DNA of 24,000 nt from an uncultured Gammaproteobacteria bacterium (GTDB lineage Bacteria > Pseudomonadota > Gammaproteobacteria > Steroidobacterales > Steroidobacteraceae): NCBI GenBank assembly GCA_963729745.1, contig CAVSPB010000002.1, forward strand, positions 469,151 through 493,150, in the 5' to 3' direction. The stretch's first letter is position 1. Every line of letters starts with the position of its first letter. Below are positions 16,911 through 24,000 of the stretch, one piece after another. Under the pieces are notes generated by a model, which searched no databases, was not told where the DNA came from, and saw only the letters and a program-made list of their open reading frames with translations. The position numbers and the translations under genes are program-made.

Positions 16911-16936
16911 GCCCAGCGTGGTGACGGGGGGAAGCG

Positions 16937-17010
16937 TGGAGCGGGTGATGGGAATCGAACCCACGTTAGCAGCTTGGGAAGCTGCAGTTCTACCATTGAA
17001 CTACACCCGC
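16937..17010 (-). tRNA. tRNA-Gly (anticodon CCC)
   Basis: The reverse complement is GCGGGTG TA GTTC AATGGTA GAAC T GCAGC TTCCCAA GCTGC TAAC GTGGG TTCGATT CCCAT CACCCGC T CCA. It is 74 nt, folds into a full cloverleaf by hand, and has an encoded CCA. Confidence 0.93.
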
Positions 17011-17021
17011 GCTCCGCGAGC

Positions 17022-17051
17022 ATTCTATTAGGCTTGCCCGCGGCCGATCAA
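17022..17051 (-). promoter_or_regulatory. Candidate sigma-70 promoter for tRNA-Gly
   Basis: On the minus strand: TTGATC (17051-17046), an 18-bp spacer, and TAGAAT (17027-17022). The -10 ends 11 nt before the mature tRNA 5' end. Confidence 0.45.
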
Positions 17052-17121
17052 TGACGCGCCGCAGCCTGTAGCATGTCACTGCGGCTCGGACGACGCCGCC
17101 GGATCGCCGGGGCCAGTATTC

Positions 17122-17823
17122 ATGAGTGACAACGCCGACAACTCGTCGCCGCCGCAGCGTCGCGTGCGAAGTTTCGTCCGCCGCGCGGGCCGCATCACGC
17201 CGGCGCAGACCCGTGCCCTGCAGGACCTGTGGCCGCGCTACGGCATCGACCTCGCTGCCGGGACTCTCGACCTCGATGCGCTCTTCGGACGGCGCGCACC
17301 GCGGGTTCTCGAAATCGGATTCGGCAACGGCGATACGCTGCTGGCGCTATCGAGCGCGCAGCCCGAGCGCGATTTCATCGGCATCGAGGTCCACGAGCCC
17401 GGCGTCGGACGCGCGCTGTTGCGCGCTGCATCGCTCGGCACCACCAACCTGCGGGTATCGCGAGACGATGCGGTCGAAGTGCTCGAACGGCAGATCCCCG
17501 ATGGCTCGATCGCCGAGGCGCTGATCCTATTCCCCGATCCATGGCCCAAGGCCCGCCACCACAAGCGGCGCCTCATCCAGCCGGGATTCGTTGCGTTGCT
17601 GGCGCGCAAGCTCCAGCCCGCAGGACTGCTCAGGCTCGCCACGGACTGGCAGAACTACGCCGAGCAGATGCTGGAGGTCTTGAACGCATGCCCCCAGTTA
17701 CGCAATCGCGCGGCCGACGGCGGCTACGTGGAGCGTCCCCCGACCCGACTGCCAACCCGATTCGAGCTCCGCGGCCAGCGCCTCGGGCACGGCGTGTGGG
17801 ATCTCGCATTCGAACGCATCTGA
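17122..17823 (+). CDS. trmB: tRNA (guanine-N7)-methyltransferase TrmB
   Basis: 233 aa, ATG 17122, TGA 17821-17823. The motifs LEIGFGNGD (SAM binding), FIGIEVH, LFPDPWPKARHHKRRL and TDW..Y are typical of TrmB. Confidence 0.92.
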   Translation: MSDNADNSSPPQRRVRSFVRRAGRITPAQTRALQDLWPRYGIDLAAGTLDLDALFGRRAPRVLEIGFGNGDTLLALSSAQPERDFIGIEVHEPGVGRALLRAASLGTTNLRVSRDDAVEVLERQIPDGSIAEALILFPDPWPKARHHKRRLIQPGFVALLARKLQPAGLLRLATDWQNYAEQMLEVLNACPQLRNRAADGGYVERPPTRLPTRFELRGQRLGHGVWDLAFERI

Positions 17824-17960
17824 ACGGCGCTCTAGCGACAAGCCCCCGTCGCCAACCCGAGGAGATGAACGCCCCGCCCGGCGCCACAGCACCGCGCTCC
17901 TGCTCGTGACCGCGCGCCTCGACTGCATCAAGTCGAGAATATACGGCTGCGAACGCCAGC

Positions 17961-18140
17961 GAACTCTTCGCGAGGCGGGGGATGGGGGAGGCTTATCCAC
18001 ATTTCCCCGTCACTCTTGATTACACCTGACGATCGGCGACGTACTCCGCGAACTTCCACGCCCGCGCTCACGATGCGGGTGGTTGCGTTTCGGGAAATGT
18101 GGGTAAGTCTCCCCCATCCCCCGCCTCGCCGAAGGAGCTC
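17961..18140. repeat. MITE-like element: long imperfect terminal inverted repeats flanking an 84-nt core
   Basis: The left arm 17971-18007 (cgaggcgggggatgggggaggcttatccacatttccc) matches the reverse complement of 18092-18128 at 35 of 37 positions. Weaker pairing extends to 17961 and 18140. It lies between the convergent trmB and serine hydrolase genes and is visibly less GC-rich than its flanks. Confidence 0.6.
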
Positions 18141-18146
18141 GACTGA

Positions 18147-19592
18147 CTACCAACCCTCGACTTGGATGTCGATGACATAGCTCCGCTCATCGAGATAGAA
18201 CCGGAACGCGTGCGCATCCTTGGGCGTCATCGCCCCGCAATGCACGATCCGCGCAACAGGCGCGCCGCTACGCATGATGCCGCGGGCGGCGACCTCGTCC
18301 TCGGCGAGAAAATGAAAGGCGATCGCCTGTGAAAGCTGCGCGCCGACCTGGCGCCGCATCGCCGCCGTGCGCGCCCCAGGATCGAAACGTGCGACGAATG
18401 CCGGCGCCATGATCGGGTGCGACTCACCCTTGACCCACGCGCCGAGGGCCGCTTTCAGGTCCCGCGTGCGTTGCGGATTGCCGTCCTCTGCGGCACGGCG
18501 CGGATCGGGCAGGCGCAGGATCGGATCGACGAGACCGGCGACCTGGTGCGCGATCGTCGTGGCATCGCACTCGTTGAGATTGCAGAGCACGATGACGCTC
18601 AGACCACGCTCGACGTAGCGGGCGATGTGCGCCCGGAAACCCTGCCAGCTTCCTGCATGCTCGATGTTGCGCGAACCGCGCTGCTCGCCGATGAACCATC
18701 CAAATCCATACGGGTACGTCTGCCCGTCGGCGAGGCGTACCGGCGTCCACATGCTCTGGTACGACTCGCGTGCCAGGAGCCGGCGCTCGCGCAACGCGGC
18801 GTCCCAGGCGAGGAAGTCGCGCGCCGTGAGATAGAGACCACCGTCAGCCATGGTATTGACGCTCGGCGACACCCAGCTCTGGTTGCGCACTGCGCCGTCC
18901 ACGAGTTCGTAGCCGGCAGCTCGATGCGGCACGATATCCGTTTCGCTGATGACACGCGCGGTTGCCATGCCCGCGGGCGTGAAGATGCGCTTGCGCAGCA
19001 CGTCGCCATAGAACTCTCCGCTGACCTTGCGAATCAGCGCGCCGAGCACGACGTAGCCGGTGTTGCTGTATGCCCAGCGCGTGCCGGGTGGGAATTGGGG
19101 CTCGAGACGCATCGCCCACTGCACCAGTTCCTGTTCCGTGTAGTCGCGCCGCAGATCCAGCGCCGCACCCTCGCCCTCGTAATCCGGCAACCCTGACGTG
19201 TGCGTGAGCAAGTGGCGCACGGTGGTGGCGCGCCAGCTCGGCCGATCGCCCGGGAAATACTGCGCGATCGAATCGTCGAGACGCAGCTTGCCATCCTCGA
19301 CCTGCAGCAGCACCGCCGCGGCCGTGAACTGCTTGCCGGTGGAGCCGGACTGGAAGATCGTCGTCGGCCGGACGGCCGCGTCGTGCTCCAGGTTGGCCAT
19401 GCCGTAGGTTCGGACCGCCCCGTAGCTGCGCACGGCAGATCCTTCCGTTCCGGTCGCGATGGCGAGCACGAGGCCCGGCGTTTTCTCGCTCGCCATGGTG
19501 GCGCGCACGTAGTCGTCGATGGCATCGGCGCACGCAGCCGAACAGAGCGCAAAGCCCGCAGCCGTTGCGCACAGCGAGTACCAGTGTCTCAT
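18147..19592 (-). CDS. Secreted serine hydrolase of the beta-lactamase/class-C-related family with extra C-terminal domain
   Basis: ATG 19592 overlaps the upstream stop (ATGA). The signal peptide is MRHWYSLCATAAGFALCSAACADA. Motifs are SxxK (SGSTGK), YxN (YSNTGY) and HAG in place of KTG, followed by a ~100-aa C-terminal extension. The 818-aa ORF-track version is a spurious 5' extension. Confidence 0.85.
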   Translation of the reverse strand: MRHWYSLCATAAGFALCSAACADAIDDYVRATMASEKTPGLVLAIATGTEGSAVRSYGAVRTYGMANLEHDAAVRPTTIFQSGSTGKQFTAAAVLLQVEDGKLRLDDSIAQYFPGDRPSWRATTVRHLLTHTSGLPDYEGEGAALDLRRDYTEQELVQWAMRLEPQFPPGTRWAYSNTGYVVLGALIRKVSGEFYGDVLRKRIFTPAGMATARVISETDIVPHRAAGYELVDGAVRNQSWVSPSVNTMADGGLYLTARDFLAWDAALRERRLLARESYQSMWTPVRLADGQTYPYGFGWFIGEQRGSRNIEHAGSWQGFRAHIARYVERGLSVIVLCNLNECDATTIAHQVAGLVDPILRLPDPRRAAEDGNPQRTRDLKAALGAWVKGESHPIMAPAFVARFDPGARTAAMRRQVGAQLSQAIAFHFLAEDEVAARGIMRSGAPVARIVHCGAMTPKDAHAFRFYLDERSYVIDIQVEGW

Positions 19593-20218
19593 GTGCTGCC
19601 CAGGCTCCCTCGTAATCCATCTATTACGAACTGTACGGCCAGGGCTCCCAGGATCACCCCCGAGAGGCGGCTGACGACATTCGCGCCCGTCACGCCCATG
19701 ACCTTCATCAGGCGTGGCGTAAGGGTCATGGTAGTCAACGCCGTGATCAGCACCAGGACCACGACGACGATCTCCCCCCAGAAGAGCAAGGACGCCCGCG
19801 ACACCCCGCCCGTGACCAGGAGCACCGTGGCCAGCGCTCCGGGCCCTGCGATCAGCGGAAACGCGAGCGGAAAGACCGAGATGTCCTCGCGCCGTTTCAC
19901 CTCGGCCTCCTCGGTGCTGGTCGTGGAACGCGCGCCGCTCTGGCGCACGAACACCATGTCGAGCGCAATCAGAAAGAGCATCAGGCCGCCGAAGATGCGG
20001 AACGCATCGAGACTGATGCCCATGGTACGGAGCAACGCACTGCCCACGAGCGCGAAGGCGATGAGAATCAGTCCGGCGATGATGACGGCCTTGCACGCCA
20101 TCTTGCGCTTGTAACCTGCGCTCGCGCCCTCGGTCAGGCCGGCGAACACGGGGATGAGGCTGATCGGCTCGACCACGACGAAGAGCACGACGAAGAACTT
20201 GATGAGCTGCTCGAGCAT
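19589..20218 (-). CDS. MarC family (UPF0056) integral membrane protein
   Basis: 209 aa, ATG 20218. It has multiple TM segments, and FVVVEPISLIPVF...FPLAFPLIAGPGA is typical of the MarC/YhgN family. Confidence 0.85.
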   Translation of the reverse strand: MLEQLIKFFVVLFVVVEPISLIPVFAGLTEGASAGYKRKMACKAVIIAGLILIAFALVGSALLRTMGISLDAFRIFGGLMLFLIALDMVFVRQSGARSTTSTEEAEVKRREDISVFPLAFPLIAGPGALATVLLVTGGVSRASLLFWGEIVVVVLVLITALTTMTLTPRLMKVMGVTGANVVSRLSGVILGALAVQFVIDGLRGSLGST

Positions 20219-20349
20219 GGGTCCTCTTGAAGGGATTACATGACGCTGTGCGGTAAATTTCTCGCTTGCAACGGTAACGAGCGCGAGCTAAGAATGATGG
20301 CGAGCGAGCATAGCAGTGGCGGCTGGCTCGCGACATCGAGGGGATACCG

Positions 20350-20655
20350 ATGGAAGCACCCAGACCAATCGTCGGCGACTGGTACCGGCGCAGAAGCGGC
20401 GAGAAATTCGAGGTCGTAGCGGTCGACGAGGACGACGGCACGATCGAAGTGCAGCACTTCGACGGCACCATCGAGGAATTCGATTTCGATTCCTGGGACG
20501 AGCAGTGGGAAGAGGCGCTGCTGGAACCTGCCGAGCCGCCCGAGGACTGGACCGGTTCGGTGGATGTCGAGCCGGAAGACAGCGACGAACCCAGCGACAA
20601 CAACGCGGAACGCCAGTGGCTGTCGCCGCTCGATTTTTTCGACGAGTCGCGCTGA
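20350..20655 (+). CDS. Small highly acidic conserved hypothetical protein
   Basis: GAGGGG RBS, ATG 20350, 101 aa. The N-terminal part is IVGDWYRRRSGEKFEVVAVDEDDGTIEVQHFDGTIEEFDFDSW, followed by a D/E-rich tail. It resembles a DUF family of small gammaproteobacterial proteins (possibly DUF6763), which is unverified. Confidence 0.6.
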   Translation: MEAPRPIVGDWYRRRSGEKFEVVAVDEDDGTIEVQHFDGTIEEFDFDSWDEQWEEALLEPAEPPEDWTGSVDVEPEDSDEPSDNNAERQWLSPLDFFDESR

Positions 20656-20739
20656 CCGCACCGTCGGCAAGAACCATTCGCGCTGGAACTCTGCTGGCGT
20701 AGACGCGCCGCGCGCCGCGGCGCACCCGCACTGCGCCTG

Positions 20740-21111
20740 TTACGGCTCCGTCATCGGCACTTCTACGCCGAGCATCACCAACCCCGCCACGATTCTCACC
20801 GCCAGCGGTTGCAGGCCGCGGCCGTCGCACGGCCCGGCAATGCACCTGCCCTCCTCGAGATCGAAGATCGCGCCGTGCGAGGAACACAGGATCACGCTGC
20901 CGTCGGGGCTGAGGAAGCGGTCCGGATGCCAGTTGAGCGGATGCCCCTGGTGCGGGCAGCGATTTGCGTAGGCGAATACCCGCGCCCCGCGGCGCACGAC
21001 GAAACCGCGCAGCGGCCAGTCGCCCGCGCCGAGCGTGAAAGCGCGGCTGCCGGGATCGGCCAGGTCCGAAATCCGGCAGACTGCCCGCGTAACGCCGATC
21101 GGGCCGCTCAT
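20740..21111 (-). CDS. Small Rieske [2Fe-2S] domain protein
   Basis: ATG 21111 overlaps the ampG stop (ATGA); 123 aa. The Rieske ligand motifs are CPHQGHPL ... CSSHGAIF (CxH...CxxH). The 341-aa ORF-track version is a 5' over-extension. Confidence 0.85.
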   Translation of the reverse strand: MSGPIGVTRAVCRISDLADPGSRAFTLGAGDWPLRGFVVRRGARVFAYANRCPHQGHPLNWHPDRFLSPDGSVILCSSHGAIFDLEEGRCIAGPCDGRGLQPLAVRIVAGLVMLGVEVPMTEP

Positions 21112-22505
21112 GCCGGCTTGCGCGATTCCAGGGCGCTCTGGTCGGATTGCGGCAACTTGCGCACCATGAAATAGAGCAGCACCAGTCCAGGGATGCTCAA
21201 CGAGGCGGTGTACAGAAAGAACGCCGGGTAGTCGATTGCATCCACGACGAAGCCCGAGCCGCCCATCAGCAACTTGCCTGGCAATGCGTACAGCGACGAC
21301 AGCAGCGCGTACTGTGTCGCGGTGTACTTCGAGCTGGTCAGGCTCGAAAGGAAGGCGATCAGCGAGGTCCCGTGCACGCCGAGCGCGAGATTGTCGAGGC
21401 TGTTGACGATCGCGAGCCCGACCAGCGTGTGCTCGCCGCTGGCGGCGAGCACGGCATACGATGCGTTCGACACGATGACGAGCACGCTGCCGAGCACCAG
21501 CGCGCGGACAGTGCCTAGCTTGGCCACCACCGCACCGCCCAGCAGCACGCCGAGGATCGCCATGACCACGCCGAATCCCTTGACGACGGCTGCCACCTCC
21601 TTGAGCGTGTATCCCTGGTCCAGATAGAAAGGATTGGTCATCACGCCCATCGCGAAGTCGGTCAGGCGATAGGTGCAGATGAAGCCGAAGACGAGCAACC
21701 CGACCGCGAGTCCATAGCGGGCGAAGAAATCCAGCAGCGGACCGACGACCGCACCGAACATCCAACCGCCCGCGCGCTGCAACGGTTTGGGCCAGTGCGC
21801 GCGTCGCTCCAGCCAGCCAATCACACGCTCTTCCGTCATCACGGACGTGCGCGGCGCAGCGACCACGGGCTCGCGGATGAGCAGCGTCGTGACGACGCCG
21901 ATCCCCATCAACGCCGCCATGGTCGTGTAGGCTGCGGTCCAGCCAGCATCAGCTGCAATCCACAGTGCTCCCGCGGTTCCCGTCATGATGGCGACGCGAT
22001 AGCCGAGCTGATAGGCCGCGGCCATCGCGCCCTGCAGGTTCACCGGTGCGGACTCGATACGCCAGGCATCCAGCGCTATGTCCTGCGTCGCGGAGCAAAA
22101 CGCGATGAACAACGCGCCGAGCGCAACTGGTCGCAGACTCGTCGCCGGATCGGTCTGAGCAACGTACAGGAGCCCGGCCGCCACACCGAGCTGCGCCAGC
22201 AACATCCAGCTCCTGCGGCGTCCGAGCCACCGCGTGAGCCCAGGAAGCGGGACGCGATCCACGACCGGCGCCCAAAGAAACTTGATGGAATAGAGAATGC
22301 CGACCCAGGCGAGCATGCCGATCGTGGCACGCTCGACTCCCACCTGGCGCAGCCAGGCGGAGAGTGTCTGGAACACGAGCATGAACGGCAGGCCGGCCGA
22401 ATATCCCAGCAACAGCATTGCCGCGACGCGCGGCTGTCGATATACCAGCAGCGCATCGATCCAGCCACGGAACCTGCGCGGTGCAGCGGGTGCCGCGCTG
22501 CTCAA
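21108..22505 (-). CDS. ampG: AmpG family muropeptide MFS permease
   Basis: Alignable by eye with E. coli AmpG (YRQPRVAAMLLLGYSAGLPFML..., IKFLWAPVVDR). The likely start is TTG 22505, overlapping the xth stop (TTGA), because ATG 22622 would overlap xth by 120 nt. Confidence 0.85.
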   Translation of the reverse strand: MSSAAPAAPRRFRGWIDALLVYRQPRVAAMLLLGYSAGLPFMLVFQTLSAWLRQVGVERATIGMLAWVGILYSIKFLWAPVVDRVPLPGLTRWLGRRRSWMLLAQLGVAAGLLYVAQTDPATSLRPVALGALFIAFCSATQDIALDAWRIESAPVNLQGAMAAAYQLGYRVAIMTGTAGALWIAADAGWTAAYTTMAALMGIGVVTTLLIREPVVAAPRTSVMTEERVIGWLERRAHWPKPLQRAGGWMFGAVVGPLLDFFARYGLAVGLLVFGFICTYRLTDFAMGVMTNPFYLDQGYTLKEVAAVVKGFGVVMAILGVLLGGAVVAKLGTVRALVLGSVLVIVSNASYAVLAASGEHTLVGLAIVNSLDNLALGVHGTSLIAFLSSLTSSKYTATQYALLSSLYALPGKLLMGGSGFVVDAIDYPAFFLYTASLSIPGLVLLYFMVRKLPQSDQSALESRKPA

Positions 22506-23269
22506 AGATCGTAATCCATGATCAGCGGCGCGTGATCGGAGAAGCGGTGCGCCTTGAAGATGCTGGCGCGCCTGGCCGCATCGCACAGCGACTGGCTCAC
22601 GACCTGGTAGTCGATGCGCCATCCGACATTGTTCGCCCAGGCCTGGCCGCGATTCGCCCAGAAGGTGTACTGGTCGGGCCTCTGATCGACGCAGCGGAAC
22701 GCGTCAACGTAGCGCGCGCGGCCAAAGAGCTCGTCCATCCACGCGCGTTCCTCGGGCAGGTAGCCGGAGTTCTTCTGGTTGGATCGCCAGTTGCGCAGGT
22801 CGATCTGCTTGTGGGCGATGTTCCAGTCCCCGCACAGGATGAACTGGCGGCGCTTGCGCCGCAGCGAAGCGAGGTACGGCATGAACGCCGCAAGGAAGCG
22901 GAACTTCGAGGCCTGCCGCTCCGGACCCGCCGAGCCGGAAGGCAGGTAGAGGGAAACCACGCTCAGACTGCCGAAGCGCGCTTCCAGATAGCGGGCCTCG
23001 GCGTCGAACTCGCTCACGCCGAAGCCGCGGATCACCTTGTCGGGCTCGCGTTTCGAGTAGATCGCGGTGCCGGCATAGCCGGGCCGGCGGGCGTCGTAGT
23101 ACACGCAGTGATAACCCCGCGGGCGAAATTCACGGCCGGCGAGCTGGTGCTCCTGGGACTTGGTTTCCTGCAGGCAAACGACGTCGGCGCGCTGTCTGGG
23201 CAGCCAGTCGTACAGGCCCTTGGTGGCGGCTGAGCGGATTCCGTTGCAGTTCAACGTCACGATACGCAT
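22502..23269 (-). CDS. xthA: Exodeoxyribonuclease III
   Basis: ATG 23269, 255 aa. [14 protein letters not shown]...VVCLQETK...GDWNIAH...WRIDY...SDHAPL are hallmark ExoIII/AP-endonuclease motifs. The 492-aa ORF-track version is a 5' over-extension. Confidence 0.92.
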   Translation of the reverse strand: MRIVTLNCNGIRSAATKGLYDWLPRQRADVVCLQETKSQEHQLAGREFRPRGYHCVYYDARRPGYAGTAIYSKREPDKVIRGFGVSEFDAEARYLEARFGSLSVVSLYLPSGSAGPERQASKFRFLAAFMPYLASLRRKRRQFILCGDWNIAHKQIDLRNWRSNQKNSGYLPEERAWMDELFGRARYVDAFRCVDQRPDQYTFWANRGQAWANNVGWRIDYQVVSQSLCDAARRASIFKAHRFSDHAPLIMDYDL

Positions 23270-23392
23270 GGCGAAAGTATAGAGCCCATCTCGCCGCGGC
23301 GCGTGGGACGAAAGGCGGAGCTGGCGCCGCGGCGGGGCAATGGGTCCAACGGCAGCATTGACAGCGCCGCCGCGAGCATCGAGATTGCGTGC

Positions 23393-24000
23393 ATGCAACC
23401 GCATCAACGCGCTTTCATCGACCTGGCACTCGAGCTCGGCGTGCTGCGCTTCGGCGAGTTCAAGCTCAAATCCGGGCGCATCAGCCCGTATTTCTTCGAC
23501 GCCGGCCTCTTCAATACGGGACGCGCCGTCGCCACGCTCGGGCGCAGCTACGCGCAGGCGATCGTCGACTCGGGTCTGCAGTTCGACATGCTGTTCGGCC
23601 CCGCTTACAAGGGAATTCCGCTCGTCACCGCGACGGTGAGCGCGCTGGCCGAGAGCCACGGCCGCGACGTGCCGTTCGCTTTCAACCGCAAGGAAGCGAA
23701 GGATCACGGCGAGGGCGGCACGATCATCGGCAGTCCGCTCGCCGGCCGCGTGCTGGTGATCGACGATGTCATCACCGCCGGCACCGCGATCCGCGAGTCC
23801 GTGGAGCTCATCGTCCGGGCCGGCGCCCAGCTGGCCGGGGTGGTGCTCGCGCTCGATCGCCAGGAGCGCGGCCAGGACGATCACTCTGCCGTACAGGAAG
23901 TCGAGACCCAGTTTGGTGTCCGATGTGTGAGCATCGTCACACTTCGCGACCTGATCGAGTCCCTGAGCCAGGAATCCCACCGCGGCGGTGCGACGCAGGA
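23393..24000 (+). CDS. pyrE: Orotate phosphoribosyltransferase (3' end outside window)
   Basis: It is absent from the ORF track because there is no stop in the window. My own translation from ATG 23393 is [43 protein letters not shown]...[10 protein letters not shown]...[13 protein letters not shown]...[17 protein letters not shown]. This is collinear with E. coli PyrE. Confidence 0.9.
   Translation, partial: MQPHQRAFIDLALELGVLRFGEFKLKSGRISPYFFDAGLFNTGRAVATLGRSYAQAIVDSGLQFDMLFGPAYKGIPLVTATVSALAESHGRDVPFAFNRKEAKDHGEGGTIIGSPLAGRVLVIDDVITAGTAIRESVELIVRAGAQLAGVVLALDRQERGQDDHSAVQEVETQFGVRCVSIVTLRDLIESLSQESHRGGATQ

Noticed and set aside
16670-17023. 117-aa minus-strand ORF.
   Set aside because: It runs through the tRNA-Gly gene and the antisense of the kinase 3' end, so the tRNA explains the region.
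17918-17937. Hairpin ctcgact-gcatca-agtcgag downstream of trmB as an intrinsic terminator.
   Set aside because: The stem is only 7 bp and is followed by AAUAUA rather than a U-tract. It is about 95 nt from the stop, which is too weak to call.
23340-23639. 99-aa plus-strand ORF from the track.
   Set aside because: It is off-frame over pyrE. The PyrE frame starting at 23393 gives a full-length collinear match, while this ORF is Ser/Ala/Arg-rich with no motifs.
1-24000. Search for CRISPR arrays, transposases, integrases, phage genes or a composition-shifted island.
   Set aside because: No spaced direct-repeat arrays or mobility genes were seen. GC-richness looks uniform except in short intergenic promoters and the 17961-18140 element.

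Overview
GC-rich (about two-thirds G+C by eye), densely coding chromosomal segment that looks proteobacterial; the mutY-yggX pairing is as in E. coli. No transposase, integrase, phage gene or CRISPR array was recognised. In order: 3' end of an EF-G family gene; a minus-strand run asmA (frameshifted)-SRPBCC-mutY-yggX; an ECF sigma / anti-sigma / DUF4097 operon; a mer-type module (MerR, canonical mer operator, a MerT-like transporter fused to a CPGC thioredoxin-like domain, and a 10-Cys GDCCVxC protein) with no merP or merA in the window; a signalling cluster of three membrane-less PAS/HisKA_3 histidine kinases (5, 3 and 1 PAS domains), two paralogous NarL/LuxR response regulators and a short stand-alone PAS ORF; tRNA-Gly(CCC); trmB; a ~180-bp MITE-like inverted-repeat element; a marC-family gene coupled to a serine hydrolase; a small acidic protein; an overlapping xth-ampG-Rieske operon; and the 5' part of pyrE. 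The best candidate for an undescribed system is the MerA-less mer-like module at 7183-8783. Two genes (asmA and the REC-PAS kinase) have apparent single-base frameshifts at short A/T runs, which may be assembly indels or real pseudogenisation. All family assignments come from reading the translations by eye. No database search was run.
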